A stretch of 35,230 bases of DNA from a virus (IMGVR_UViG_3300037692_000627:1-35230); one strand, 5' to 3'. Positions 7,604 through 17,432 are shown, counted from the first letter of the stretch. The notes: a model not told the origin generated them from the sequence alone. A program made the numbers and translations.

Positions 7604-8155
7604 TTATGCTGAGGCAATAAAGGCAACGTCGACCGAGACCTGGTCTTTTGTTTCAACGGTGATGGTTTTGCCGAGAAGCTTCGATGTGATGTCGTAGGCC
7701 GGCCCTGCAAGGACGGGTGCGTTCACGACTCCGTTCGCGGTAACATATGGCACGGGATCCGGACTGGTAAATCCACCGTTGGCAATCGCCGGTGTGCGAG
7801 AGGGGGCAATTGTGATCGTGACCCCGTTCAGAACCATTCCGGTTTGTGTGTACGCCTTGATGTTGATGTTACACATCCCCGGCTCCGTCGGCTGCGGCGG
7901 CAAAATAATCCCTCCCTGCGTCAGATGCACACCGGCTGCTGACACCGGAGAGAAGCGCACCGACAGGGTCGGGTCCACCAACTCCGTAGTCCACAGATAT
8001 TCGGCGGCGTTCTCGGGATTGGCGGGGAGGTCAACAATCTGAACGGAATCAACTTCCATCCATTCCCCGGTTTCGTTGGGCTGATAGGCATCGACATTGA
8101 CGGCGGCGACGGTCCCTGCGATCAAATCGGCAAGGCCAAAAACAAAGCTAGGCAT
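7604..8155 (-). CDS. hypothetical beta-rich virion/tail-associated protein
   Basis: 183 aa with a Val/Thr/Pro-rich, Ig-like composition. Last gene of the late operon, with a GGAG RBS. Confidence 0.6.
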   Translation of the reverse strand: MPSFVFGLADLIAGTVAAVNVDAYQPNETGEWMEVDSVQIVDLPANPENAAEYLWTTELVDPTLSVRFSPVSAAGVHLTQGGIILPPQPTEPGMCNINIKAYTQTGMVLNGVTITIAPSRTPAIANGGFTSPDPVPYVTANGVVNAPVLAGPAYDITSKLLGKTITVETKDQVSVDVAFIASA

Positions 8156-8372
8156 ATCGGACTCCTGTGAGGGCCTGCGGGGGCTCGGCGTAGCGGATAG
8201 CCGTCAAAGCCTGCGGAGGATAGACGGGCGGCGAATAGGTCCCGGTTACCCCGTCGTAGACAACGCCATTGGCGAGTTGATCGGCGCTCGGCGGGGCTTT
8301 ATAAAAAGAGGCGTCATGACTCTCAGGATGACCGCGGTGGCCTATTTCAATACTGGTCTCAATAAGGGCCAT
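8148..8372 (-). CDS. hypothetical 74-aa protein
   Basis: The start MALIETS lies just after the upstream stop, with a GGAG RBS, and is coupled to neighbouring genes. Confidence 0.55.
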   Translation of the reverse strand: MALIETSIEIGHRGHPESHDASFYKAPPSADQLANGVVYDGVTGTYSPPVYPPQALTAIRYAEPPQALTGVRYA

Positions 8373-8374
8373 GG

Positions 8375-9364
8375 CTACTTCTCCACCGCGAGTCGGACCT
8401 GCCCACCAATTATCCCACCAACCAGCCACCATGTTTCGAGGGCGCCGTCATGATCCACAAATTTCTGTCCAGCAAACCCTGCGTCTGGAGTGACAGTGAC
8501 AGACACCTCATCGCCCATATGCGAACCCTGTGTGCGCGACATTACTAGCAGACCGAGCAGGGTTCCTAAAGATTCAGTTATAGTCAGTCCACCCCCAACA
8601 AGCGCCCGAACGTTGCTGACCCATGGTTTGCCGGAGAGAGACGAGCTAAACCCCGGCATGTGGGTTATGGCAGCAGTTACGTAATTGACCCCTCCCACCC
8701 TCCCAGCTGCGCCGTAATCGGTTAACAAAAACAAAATGGATGCGGTTCCGCCGCGATTTCTCGGGTGAGATATCGGCCACAATGATGCGTAACCATTACT
8801 CGTCCCCCCGTTCGGGTCAGATAAAAAATAGGTCGTGCCCCACGCCCACTTCGGATACCCTGTAGCCACCGTATCCAAGGCATGGACCCGAGTCAGTTCA
8901 CAGATCCAAGTAGGTCCTTGGTCGCCACTACATCCCCAATAGGAATTTGCACGGGTCATCAACAGCAACAAACCTTGATTGACCGCAATATTAATCTCCC
9001 CACCATAGGTCAGGTCGATGCGCTGTGCTGTAATTGTTAGATGACAGTTACGTGCCAAATTTGTTCCAACATGCGTTGTCGGATTCCAAGCTTCATAGCT
9101 TTTGAGAATCATATACCCGGCCGTGTTGTAATCGAGAACACACGGCTGGTACATGATCTGCCCTTCAGCGTCAGGTAGACAGGGGTAGCGATAGGCTCGG
9201 GCATTGGGTCCGGCATCGGCATCCCATAGCTCCCAACCACGCGGAACGATGAAGTCTTCAACGCCTTGAATAATATCAGCGAGGGAATCCCCCGGCTCAT
9301 AAGCAACCTGACCTGACTTTTGAGTCGGTGCGGCCTGGTTATTCCAGCCTCGAATTGTTACCAT
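8375..9364 (-). CDS. putative tail fibre / receptor-binding-type structural protein
   Basis: 329 aa from MVTIRG (TGATG overlap, GGAGGT RBS). Gly/Thr/Trp-rich with lower GC. Function is inferred from composition and position only. Confidence 0.5.
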   Translation of the reverse strand: MVTIRGWNNQAAPTQKSGQVAYEPGDSLADIIQGVEDFIVPRGWELWDADAGPNARAYRYPCLPDAEGQIMYQPCVLDYNTAGYMILKSYEAWNPTTHVGTNLARNCHLTITAQRIDLTYGGEINIAVNQGLLLLMTRANSYWGCSGDQGPTWICELTRVHALDTVATGYPKWAWGTTYFLSDPNGGTSNGYASLWPISHPRNRGGTASILFLLTDYGAAGRVGGVNYVTAAITHMPGFSSSLSGKPWVSNVRALVGGGLTITESLGTLLGLLVMSRTQGSHMGDEVSVTVTPDAGFAGQKFVDHDGALETWWLVGGIIGGQVRLAVEK

Positions 9365-9840
9365 CACACCACCTCCGTTCCGGGAGCGGTGCAGGCTCCG
9401 TTTGTATTGACCATCAGCCAAGCGCCCTCAACCCACGCACTGTAATCGGCGGTCATGTACTGGCTGACCCAGACGATGGGATTGGGCTCTGCCGGGAGGG
9501 GTACGCGGTAGCTGTGAGTGTACTGGCTGGCCGGGTCGGGTGCGGACTCGGTGATGAGTGCGGCGGCGACGTAATTGGCAACCCGGTCACGGGCCGTTTG
9601 ATCAATGATGCCCCCGGCGAGGAGGAGGTCAAACAGTCCGACAACTTCGGGGTTGTCGAGGTAGACGCCGCTGGTGGAGTCGAGCACCTCGATGATGGCC
9701 AGCCCCGGGAGCCCACCCGGGAGAATACAGGCAGGATCTTTGAGGGCGAGACGGGCCATGCCGTAGGCGACTGCGCCCATGACGGTGGCCATTTCACCCC
9801 GGGTAACGTAGACCTTGAAACCAAAATCGACTGGACTCAT
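9364..9840 (-). CDS. hypothetical protein
   Basis: GGAGGT RBS before MSPVDF, overlapping the upstream stop. Confidence 0.6.
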   Translation of the reverse strand: MSPVDFGFKVYVTRGEMATVMGAVAYGMARLALKDPACILPGGLPGLAIIEVLDSTSGVYLDNPEVVGLFDLLLAGGIIDQTARDRVANYVAAALITESAPDPASQYTHSYRVPLPAEPNPIVWVSQYMTADYSAWVEGAWLMVNTNGACTAPGTEVV

Positions 9841-10325
9841 GCGGACCTCCATATGATGTCGAAAAGCCCTGCGCTGGCAAACTCGGCGTAGGATTGCGGC
9901 GAGATGAGCGCCATGTTCCGCTCGGTGAGGAGTCCGGCGGCCTGATCCATGGTCAGCAGAGCCTCGGCGCAGTTGGGGCGGCCGCCGTTCTGCTCGCCTT
10001 TGCCGGTCAAAAACCCCCAGAAACTACGGATGTCGTATTTTTTCCCGATCATTTCCCGACCGGCACACATCCATGCGACGCCCTGTTCGGGGGTGAAGGG
10101 GACCCGGGGGCGCAACAGACAGACGTGATGCGTACCGCCGAGGTAGTCGCGGATATTCCCCGTGCGCACTCGCGGCCATGTGACATTGAGCGTTTCACCG
10201 TGTCCACCGAAGACCGGGACGGTGTGGCTGTACGCGCTGGAAAGCCACCAGGCCATGAACCGGGAAAACCAGTGACGGCGCAGAGTCAGCAGGCGGTCGC
10301 CGGGTTGCAAGTCGGGGAGGGTCAT
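9837..10325 (-). CDS. permuted papain-like NlpC/P60 (YiiX/YebB-like) enzyme
   Basis: PGD.LL, S.YSH (His first), YD and C.E (Cys last), then ISP. AAGGAG RBS before MTLPDL. Confidence 0.75.
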   Translation of the reverse strand: MTLPDLQPGDRLLTLRRHWFSRFMAWWLSSAYSHTVPVFGGHGETLNVTWPRVRTGNIRDYLGGTHHVCLLRPRVPFTPEQGVAWMCAGREMIGKKYDIRSFWGFLTGKGEQNGGRPNCAEALLTMDQAAGLLTERNMALISPQSYAEFASAGLFDIIWRSA

Positions 10326-10336
10326 GCCTATCTCCT

Positions 10337-10945
10337 TCAGGCTGCGGCCGGTTGCTGTTTGTGAGCCTGCGCCCGAGAGGCAAACCACCAACCGATGGCC
10401 ACGCCGGTCAGGAACAGGATCTGGTTGGAGACCGTGGTGACGACGGCGATGGCCATGGTGACCTGCTGCGCCTCGGCGAGTTTTCCGGAGAGGAGGGCCA
10501 CGGAGTCCTGCCACATCTGCGCGGTGGTGTAGGCGAGGTAGGCGGTGATGGCCGGTCGGGTCAGGCCCCTGGTGACGTCGACGAGGGCGAGGCCGCAGGC
10601 GATAATGCCGGCAACCGCTCCGCCGACCTTGTCTTCCCATCCGGTGAGATAGGTGGCCTTGTCCGCCTTGAGGCTTTCGGCCAGGGCGCCGATGTCGGCG
10701 ACCCGGGCGGCGCCGTCGCTCTTGGCTTCTTCGATGCGCAGGTTGTTGTCGGCTTCGAATTTGATCGTCTCAAGGCTGCGACGGTGCGCCTTGTCCAGTT
10801 CGGCCGATTCGAATTCGCGCTTTTTCTGCGCCTGCCGGTCCTGAAAATACTTGCCGACCAGGCCGAAGCCGATGCCGAGAACGCCGGTGGCGCCGCCGCT
10901 GACAACGTTGCCTATCCCCTCGCCGAGCATGCTTAAAAAGTCCAT
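10337..10945 (-). CDS. holin-like membrane protein (3TM holin type)
   Basis: Hydrophobic segments with V.R...RP.IT and a terminal GWWF.SR. Translationally coupled to the DUF5675 gene. Confidence 0.65.
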   Translation of the reverse strand: MDFLSMLGEGIGNVVSGGATGVLGIGFGLVGKYFQDRQAQKKREFESAELDKAHRRSLETIKFEADNNLRIEEAKSDGAARVADIGALAESLKADKATYLTGWEDKVGGAVAGIIACGLALVDVTRGLTRPAITAYLAYTTAQMWQDSVALLSGKLAEAQQVTMAIAVVTTVSNQILFLTGVAIGWWFASRAQAHKQQPAAA

Positions 10946-11394
10946 CAGCTCCATGCCTCCATAATTTTAAGGGTGAAATCCCGGCCGTCCATGTGTTTCA
11001 TGAAGCGGTCGAACGTCGGGTGCGAGTTGAGCACGGCCTTTTGCTGGCGGCCGTTCACCGGCAGGGTGCCCCGCGATCCGCCGATAATGATGCAGCCCTC
11101 GGTGTGCGTCCGAAACCCCTTCGCCGGGTCGCCGCCGAGATTGCCCCAATGGGTCAGGATCCAGGTGCGCCCCGCGACGTCCTGCAGGTGGTAGACCGTT
11201 CCGAAGCGCGGGGAGACCCGGATCGTGCAGCGATAGGTCCCGGCGGGGATGCAGGAGATGCCGGTCCGGTTGTTTCGGTCCGGGGGTTCGAGGGTGTGGG
11301 CGTCGAAACCGTCGCCGACCAGGCGCCCGAACGTCCCCTGATCATCCTGTTCAGCTCGCAGGAGGTAGCGGGTCGGCGTCACGCGCTGCCCCAC
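10945..11394 (-). CDS. DUF5675 family protein, probable endolysin (L,D-transpeptidase-like)
   Basis: GTFG.L, TLE, CIPAGTY, SPRFG, V.GR..IL.H.GN and TEGCI motifs. Adjacent to the holin. Confidence 0.8.
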   Translation of the reverse strand: MGQRVTPTRYLLRAEQDDQGTFGRLVGDGFDAHTLEPPDRNNRTGISCIPAGTYRCTIRVSPRFGTVYHLQDVAGRTWILTHWGNLGGDPAKGFRTHTEGCIIIGGSRGTLPVNGRQQKAVLNSHPTFDRFMKHMDGRDFTLKIMEAWS

Positions 11395-11930
11395 TGCACG
11401 GCGGCGATCAGTGCAGCGGCATCGGGCGCGGCCGGGTCGACGGCGGCCAGGGTGTCGAGGAGCGCCTGCTGCTGGCCGAGGATGGCCCCGGAAGCGGCTT
11501 CGAAGAGGGCCACGTTTTCAAGAACCTTGGCGACCAGGTCGGCCAGAGAGATCCCCCGGGCCAAGGCCACGGCCGAGAGCATAGGGGTCGGAGCGGCCGG
11601 GTCGAGGGACCAGGCCCGGGCCTCGGCCTGCTGGGTCGGCCAGGTCTCGCGCTCGGCGGGGAGGTAGGGGGCGGCGAGGGCGGAGAGGCGGAGGGAGCCT
11701 TCGGCGCGGAGCGCGGATTCTTTGGCGGCTCGCAAATCTTCCATCGACGGTTCAACGGGGTCCTTTGTAACCCACGCCCCTACAATAAAGCTCCACCCGA
11801 GTTGGCCGCGACAACTGTGCTCCCACTCGCTGTCCGAAAGAGCGAGCGCCCCTGGGGGCATAGCCTCGTTGATCTCGTCGTCATAGTGACCCGTCACAGT
11901 TCCCAACGTGTCCACCGTTGCGTATTTCAT
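11379..11930 (-). CDS. tail fibre assembly/chaperone-like protein
   Basis: ERETW..Q..EA.AW...PTP.L...A..RG...G..Q pattern. Follows the tail fibre gene. Confidence 0.7.
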   Translation of the reverse strand: MKYATVDTLGTVTGHYDDEINEAMPPGALALSDSEWEHSCRGQLGWSFIVGAWVTKDPVEPSMEDLRAAKESALRAEGSLRLSALAAPYLPAERETWPTQQAEARAWSLDPAAPTPMLSAVALARGISLADLVAKVLENVALFEAASGAILGQQQALLDTLAAVDPAAPDAAALIAAVQWGSA

Positions 11931-11940
11931 GACTAACTCC

Positions 11941-12576
11941 TTAATATCCGATGATGAAATAGGTGGGGTTGTAGCGGGATCCGTTGCCTACGTTGTAAAG
12001 TGTTATGGTCGACTTCGTCGTCTGGTGGCCCCATTCCGCAGCATCCCCGATGATGTCCGAGGTATTCGCCCCCGTGACGGTGACGAGGGCTGCGATCGGG
12101 AAGGTCACGGGGAGAGGGATTGCTCCGGTCGAACCGTTGCCCCCCACCGTACCCCAGTAAGTGCCCCATTGCAGAATGAGACCGCCCGGAAGTTTCTGAT
12201 ACCCGGATGCCGTCTTGGCGGCAACAAACTGACCGAAATTGACCACATCATTCCCGGCGATCCCGGCGATTGCTTCCAGTCGACCGGACGCGTCGTATTT
12301 CGGCAGTCTGTTGGCAATCGGGGTCGCCGTGGCACTGTGCGGGGCGGTCAGGTCGTCGTGGGCATCCACCTTGGCCTGCGCCCCGACGGGGGTTTCGTGG
12401 CCGGAGTGAGGTGCGGGGGTTGAGGCGTGGGCAGTCTGATCATCTTTAAGTTTGCGCGTCCGGTTCGCCAGGGCCTGGAAGACGGCATTGAGGTTGGCCT
12501 CGTTAAGCGCATCGACAGCGTCTTGGAGTCCAGGGACCGGTTCGGTGAAGTTGGAGACGTCCTCGATATCCTGCAT
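11941..12576 (-). CDS. short tail fibre protein with gp53-like C-terminal domain
   Basis: LANRT..LK N-terminal motif and SGYQKLPGGLILQWG...P.TFP...IIGY C-terminus. Confidence 0.8.
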   Translation of the reverse strand: MQDIEDVSNFTEPVPGLQDAVDALNEANLNAVFQALANRTRKLKDDQTAHASTPAPHSGHETPVGAQAKVDAHDDLTAPHSATATPIANRLPKYDASGRLEAIAGIAGNDVVNFGQFVAAKTASGYQKLPGGLILQWGTYWGTVGGNGSTGAIPLPVTFPIAALVTVTGANTSDIIGDAAEWGHQTTKSTITLYNVGNGSRYNPTYFIIGY

Positions 12577-12588
12577 GGGTCTTTCTCC

Positions 12589-13047
12589 TTACTGGAAGCT
12601 GATCGTCCACTCGACGGCGATTTTATAGGCGCTGCTCTTGGTGATCGCGCCAATGACCAACCGGGAGTAAAGGATGGCCGTGGCTGCCGATTTGAGCCCG
12701 AGTTCCTGGTAGGTAAAACTCCCCCCCTCGGCAGCCTCCATCGTCACCAGAAATCGAACCTTGTTGAAGGCCGGATAATCGACGGTCGGCGCTTTGGTGA
12801 ACTGCTCGCCGAGCAGGGCGGTCTGCCCTGCGACGGCTGCGGTCGCATCGGTTCCGAAGGCGATGAGGCCGATGTGTTCCAGTCCGCCGTAGGCGGCGTC
12901 GTTGCCGAGCAACTTGGCCATGAGCGTCTTGCCGCCGGCAACGATGAGGTTTTTTCTCTCCTCGTGCAGTGTCTTCTCGCCTGTTTTGGCATCGATTTTC
13001 CAGACCTTGACGTCTCCGCGCATGGTCACCGTCTCTTCTATGTTCAT
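12589..13047 (-). CDS. baseplate/tail-fibre attachment structural protein
   Basis: NLIV..G, IAFGT..TA....TAL, E.GL, LYSR and W.I.F motifs typical of myovirus baseplate-distal proteins. Confidence 0.7.
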   Translation of the reverse strand: MNIEETVTMRGDVKVWKIDAKTGEKTLHEERKNLIVAGGKTLMAKLLGNDAAYGGLEHIGLIAFGTDATAAVAGQTALLGEQFTKAPTVDYPAFNKVRFLVTMEAAEGGSFTYQELGLKSAATAILYSRLVIGAITKSSAYKIAVEWTISFQ

Positions 13048-13050
13048 GTC

Positions 13051-14073
13051 CTATCCTCCGTAGACTGATTTTTGAAAGACCGAGTCGTCGGCCGCGTTGA
13101 GCACGGTCACGACGCATTGTTCCATGATGGCGTTGTTGATCCCGCAAATAAGCCCCGGGCTTCCGCAGACCCATCCCGTTCCGCAGAAGATCGCGCCAGG
13201 TTGCGGCGAGTCCTCAAATGTGCCGGTGATCGTCACGGCCAGGGTTTCTTCTACGACCTGCGTTTCAGTCTGGCTTACGACCTTAGAGAACACCGTTTCG
13301 AGAAAGTCCGTTCCGGACGCCTTGTATTTGCGGACGATCGCCATGATGCCGGAAAGAAAGATCTCGGCTTCTTCCGTCGTCAGTTCGTTGGGGATCGATA
13401 TTCCAAGGATGAAGCGGCCGGCGCTAGTTGCGGCAATGGCCGGATCGAGTTCGGCGCGTTTCGGCCAGGCGTCGATGATCTCGATATCGACTCCGAGGCC
13501 TTCTTTGGCAATAAGTTCGAGGGAGACATTGTTCTGCGTCGGGCGTGTGATCTCGTTGATCAGGCGCGTGGCGTAGGTCGGGTCGAGTTCGCCGCTCTTT
13601 TTGGCGATGCCGAAGCGATCGCGGCCCCAGTAATCGAGCCAAGAGCCTTGCGCACTGGCCAGGTAGAGAGCCTTCTCTGCGTCGGCGATCCTTTCGTGCT
13701 GTTCGTCGAGGATCCATCCGACGGGGCCGAGTTCGGCAAAGAGTACGCCGGTTCGGTAAAACAATCGATCGTCGGCATCGAGGCGCCTTCTCGGTTCCTC
13801 GGAGAGTCCTCGTGCCAGGAGTCCGTCGAATTCGGCATTTGTGCTGGTGGCCGTAAAGCCAGCCGTGCCGTTTATGACGGCGAGGACCTCTGCGAGGGTT
13901 CCTGTTTCGATGCTGACGGAGAGAACGCCTGCAGCCGAGGCAATCCGGATCGTCATTTTCTCGATGGAAAGGATCGCATCGACCGGGCCGGTGATGACGG
14001 CGACCGGGGTGGTCTCCGGTTCCCGTTTAAAAACCCGGTGGAGGCGGCCAACAATGCGCTCGAATGCTCCCAT
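13051..14073 (-). CDS. baseplate wedge protein (gpI-like)
   Basis: A.G.WLD.WG..FG....GE.D..Y..R motif. Directly follows baseplate J. Confidence 0.7.
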   Translation of the reverse strand: MGAFERIVGRLHRVFKREPETTPVAVITGPVDAILSIEKMTIRIASAAGVLSVSIETGTLAEVLAVINGTAGFTATSTNAEFDGLLARGLSEEPRRRLDADDRLFYRTGVLFAELGPVGWILDEQHERIADAEKALYLASAQGSWLDYWGRDRFGIAKKSGELDPTYATRLINEITRPTQNNVSLELIAKEGLGVDIEIIDAWPKRAELDPAIAATSAGRFILGISIPNELTTEEAEIFLSGIMAIVRKYKASGTDFLETVFSKVVSQTETQVVEETLAVTITGTFEDSPQPGAIFCGTGWVCGSPGLICGINNAIMEQCVVTVLNAADDSVFQKSVYGG

Positions 14074-15476
14074 TACTGCACCGTTGCCGTGATGGTACCC
14101 GGGGTGATGATGATGGCGGCCGAGACGTCAACCGTCCACTGATCGCCCGAGGTGTGGCCGGTCTGGGCGGCAAAAGCAATGGTCGTGCCGGTTTCGAGTT
14201 CCACTGGGGTTCCGGCAGTGATCGGTTGCAGGGAGGCGTTCCAGGTGGCGCCTTCGGTCGACGACCAGCGGAAGGTGTCCTGTGCTCCGACGGAATCAAT
14301 TTCGACGAGGAACGTCTTCTTTCCCTCTCCGGCAAAGACACCGCCGGATGTCAGGTCATTGAGGCCGATGGTTCCGAGGTAGGTCGTGGCGACGATCTCC
14401 GAGGCCGGGACGTTTCCCGTGGGCGCCGAAATGCCAACATCGTAAACCCCGTCGATAGCCATGATGCGCTCGATCATCTCGTTCAAGACGACGGTGGCGC
14501 CGATTCCCATTCCGGAAATGTAGGTTGCGATGCCGGCTTCTGCCACAGCTTTGATGGCGATGGCGTCATACCCGGGGAGCATGTAGATCAGAAACGTCAC
14601 GTCGAGGGGGTTTTCGGTGACGGCGGCCACCGTGGCGACGATTCCGGCGGCCTTGTATCCCGGGATCTTTTCCCCCTCGGTATCGATGTATCCGTCAACG
14701 ATTTTCTGTGCTCCCGCGACCAGGTCCACGGAGGTGCCTCCGACGCCGTTGTAAATAAAAATGTCGACGAATCCGGCTGTGGCTTTGGGGTTGTCGATGG
14801 CAACGGCGTTTTTTACGCTTTCCGTGATGTTTCCCTCGGCATCCTTAATCGACGCCAGTTTGGCTCCATAAATGACGGCTGCGGTCGTTCCCCGGCCAAG
14901 GCTGGCGATATATTCCTTGAACCGGATGGCCCGGGAGGCCTCGGATTCTCTGTCCGTTCCATTGGAAAGGGCAGCGACGTTGGTCACCGCATCGATGCCG
15001 CTGATCGTGGTCTTGATCGTGTTGATGCTGCCGGGAGCGGTGTTCCCCGCTTCCCCGGCGGCGATGGCAATAACCGTGGCGGTGACCGTGCTCGTGCCTG
15101 TGGTGAGTGTCACGTCGGTCTTTGTTTCGTAGACCTTTGCCGGGAGGGTGGCCGTGGCCGTGGTTGTGATGCGTGTTCCGGCGGGGATAAGAATGTCGGC
15201 GACGGCAATCGGTCCCGAGAAGGAGGCAATGCCTGACGCCCTGGTCGCCGGGAGGGGAGTGATTCCAAAGGCGTTGTAGGTCGAGATGGCGATCGCCTTT
15301 TTTATCGCCTGGTAGATCTGGAAGTCCATTTGTTCGAGTTCCAGGCCAATGGCTTCCAATTTGGTTCGGGCCTTGCTGCCGGGAGCAAAGTCAGTGATCT
15401 TTTTCTGGATAGCGGCCATCCAGGCGATCATGCGACTGACTCGTGTTTCCATTTTAATGATGTCGAAAGCGCCCAT
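14073..15476 (-). CDS. baseplate J/gp47-like protein
   Basis: DF.PGS, IPAGT, A...G..GN, V.N.....G.D.E and RGT motifs. Confidence 0.88.
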   Translation of the reverse strand: MGAFDIIKMETRVSRMIAWMAAIQKKITDFAPGSKARTKLEAIGLELEQMDFQIYQAIKKAIAISTYNAFGITPLPATRASGIASFSGPIAVADILIPAGTRITTTATATLPAKVYETKTDVTLTTGTSTVTATVIAIAAGEAGNTAPGSINTIKTTISGIDAVTNVAALSNGTDRESEASRAIRFKEYIASLGRGTTAAVIYGAKLASIKDAEGNITESVKNAVAIDNPKATAGFVDIFIYNGVGGTSVDLVAGAQKIVDGYIDTEGEKIPGYKAAGIVATVAAVTENPLDVTFLIYMLPGYDAIAIKAVAEAGIATYISGMGIGATVVLNEMIERIMAIDGVYDVGISAPTGNVPASEIVATTYLGTIGLNDLTSGGVFAGEGKKTFLVEIDSVGAQDTFRWSSTEGATWNASLQPITAGTPVELETGTTIAFAAQTGHTSGDQWTVDVSAAIIITPGTITATVQ

Positions 15477-15498
15477 CCCGTCTCCTTTTCTTTCCGCT

Positions 15499-15527
15499 AT
15501 TTTGGCAAACAGTGATGCCTATAGCAA
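15499..15527 (-). promoter_or_regulatory. possible sigma70-like internal promoter
   Basis: TTGCTA-N17-CAAAAT with a TG extension, in the AT-rich gap before baseplate J. Confidence 0.3.
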
Positions 15528-15536
15528 ACTTTTTGC

Positions 15537-17432
15537 TTAAACGGTCAGGCTCATGGTCCGGGTGGAGTCCTCGCCGATGGTTTTGACCTTCGCTTTGATG
15601 CTGACAGCATCGGCATTCCGTTCGATCTCGACCTGTTCGACGCTTTTGATTCGGTAGTCGGCCAAAATGGTGATCTTGGCTTCGATCCGAATGCGCTCGA
15701 GCCAGTAGTCGGTTTCCGGCTTACCGATCATGGTGGGGATCAGGCTGCCGTAGGTTTTGTGCCCCAGATGGGCCAGGGCGCCCCGGGGGGTGCCGAGGCG
15801 ATGCTGCAGCTGCATGACAAGGTTTTGCACTCCGGCGACGGTGGCCGTGGAGCCGTCGGGGTCGACATTGGGAATCCCGTCGCCGTCGAGATAGTCGTCG
15901 GCACCGAAAATGATGTCGAGGTGGTCGGTGTAGCTGCCGGCCATGGGTGCTGTGGTGACCGTTCCGGCGACCGGGATCTTGATCCGGTCTCCCGGGCGGA
16001 GAACGGACAGGGCCTTGTCGTGAACCGTGACGGCTGTTCCTGGGGGAAAAATGTTTTCGAGCGCCATCTCCAGGGTGGTCAGGGGTTCAATGCCCGTGTC
16101 GTCGAAGCTGCTGACTACCGCCGACTCCCATATCCCTTCGGCCATGAAGACCACGACGTTTCCCGATGCCGGTGTGATCCCGGAGAAGACGGCGCTTTTC
16201 CCCTCGCTGTGGACCAACGTCCCTTCGGAAAGGATGGCAGAGAATCCGGAGAGGGTGTCCTTGACGATGAACGGGGCCGCGAGGTCGTTGAGAAACGCTA
16301 TGCGCCTCCAGAGGGTCGAATCTCCCAAGGTCTTGACCGCGATCGCCTCGATCGTATCCCCGTCGACGATTTCGACGATGTGCGAGGCGACGCTGTTTGC
16401 CGCCTCGACTCCGGATGCGAAGATGGTCGTTTCCGGGTTTTCTCCGGGGGATATTTCCGGGTCGGTGTTGCTCATGGGGACGCTGGTCGTGGTGATTTCC
16501 ACGACGGGCGCTGCCGTTGTCGCCGGCGGGGTGTCGGCGGCGCTGTCGACCTTGAACATGTGCTTGTTGAGTCGGCTCTGGAGAAAGGTTCGCTTCAGGT
16601 CTCGAAGGTGAGCGGTGTATTCGTGAGGGATCTCCCGAAAGGATCCGATGTCGGCAATGATCGAATCGGTTCCGGTGATGAGTTCTTCAACGAGGTCGAA
16701 GGGTGCGGCAATAAATGCCGAGGCTCCTTCGCGAAAGGACGAGATGGCCTGAGCGACGAGCCCGATCCGCTCCTGCATCGCCTGCATGGTGTTGATGGCG
16801 TCGGAGACCTTGTTGCTGACGGACGTATATCCGGCCAGGACCGTTTTCCATTTGGCAAAAAGAGCCGAATCGACTTCATCGATCACACGGAGCTTGTTGG
16901 GTGAGGCTTCGGGCGGCACGAAGTCGAGCTGACGGATGGTCGTCAGCTCCATGCTGTACTGGAAGAGAAACCGCCTCTGGATGCTCCGCGTGACGACGAA
17001 GGGGTTTAAAATGACTTCGTAGAAATGTTCGTCGGTGAAGTTGAAGAACTGCAGCTGGGCCTTGTCCTTCTTCGTGGGATTGGCGTCGCTGCCGAATTCC
17101 TTATAGAAGGCGAAGAACACGTCGGCTTCGAATTCCTTGAGAATGGTCCAGGCGTCGACCTTACTTCCATCGATGTGCCGACCGCCGCCGCCGGGGAGGC
17201 TACCGAGGTAGCCGAAGGTTCCCTGGATGCTGATTTTGGAGATTCCCGGGCCGAAGTTGTCAACGAAGATTCCGCCTTTGGTCTGGGTGACGGAGACCTT
17301 GGCGTTGTGCTGGATCTTGTAGCTTTCGGGGTTGATCGGCAGGACGAAGCGCTTATCCGGTACGCTGGCGCCCGGGGAGTAATATTCGAACATGAAGGGC
17401 AGGCGCTGGTTCCGCACCGGGTAGAGGGTCAT
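15537..17432 (-). CDS. multidomain baseplate protein: tube-initiator-like N-terminus, LysM, gp25-like C-terminus
   Basis: INPES...TQT.GG..VDNFG N-terminus; GDT...IA...LGD...W..IA.LN LysM-like motif; G..NL...L..RL.TP.G.L..H..YGS...D.RI gp25-like end. Confidence 0.7.
   Translation of the reverse strand: MTLYPVRNQRLPFMFEYYSPGASVPDKRFVLPINPESYKIQHNAKVSVTQTKGGIFVDNFGPGISKISIQGTFGYLGSLPGGGGRHIDGSKVDAWTILKEFEADVFFAFYKEFGSDANPTKKDKAQLQFFNFTDEHFYEVILNPFVVTRSIQRRFLFQYSMELTTIRQLDFVPPEASPNKLRVIDEVDSALFAKWKTVLAGYTSVSNKVSDAINTMQAMQERIGLVAQAISSFREGASAFIAAPFDLVEELITGTDSIIADIGSFREIPHEYTAHLRDLKRTFLQSRLNKHMFKVDSAADTPPATTAAPVVEITTTSVPMSNTDPEISPGENPETTIFASGVEAANSVASHIVEIVDGDTIEAIAVKTLGDSTLWRRIAFLNDLAAPFIVKDTLSGFSAILSEGTLVHSEGKSAVFSGITPASGNVVVFMAEGIWESAVVSSFDDTGIEPLTTLEMALENIFPPGTAVTVHDKALSVLRPGDRIKIPVAGTVTTAPMAGSYTDHLDIIFGADDYLDGDGIPNVDPDGSTATVAGVQNLVMQLQHRLGTPRGALAHLGHKTYGSLIPTMIGKPETDYWLERIRIEAKITILADYRIKSVEQVEIERNADAVSIKAKVKTIGEDSTRTMSLTV

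Noticed and set aside
7604-12576. Diversity-generating retroelement or invertible fibre segment
   Set aside because: No reverse transcriptase, template/variable repeat pair, invertase or flanking inverted repeats were seen in the window.
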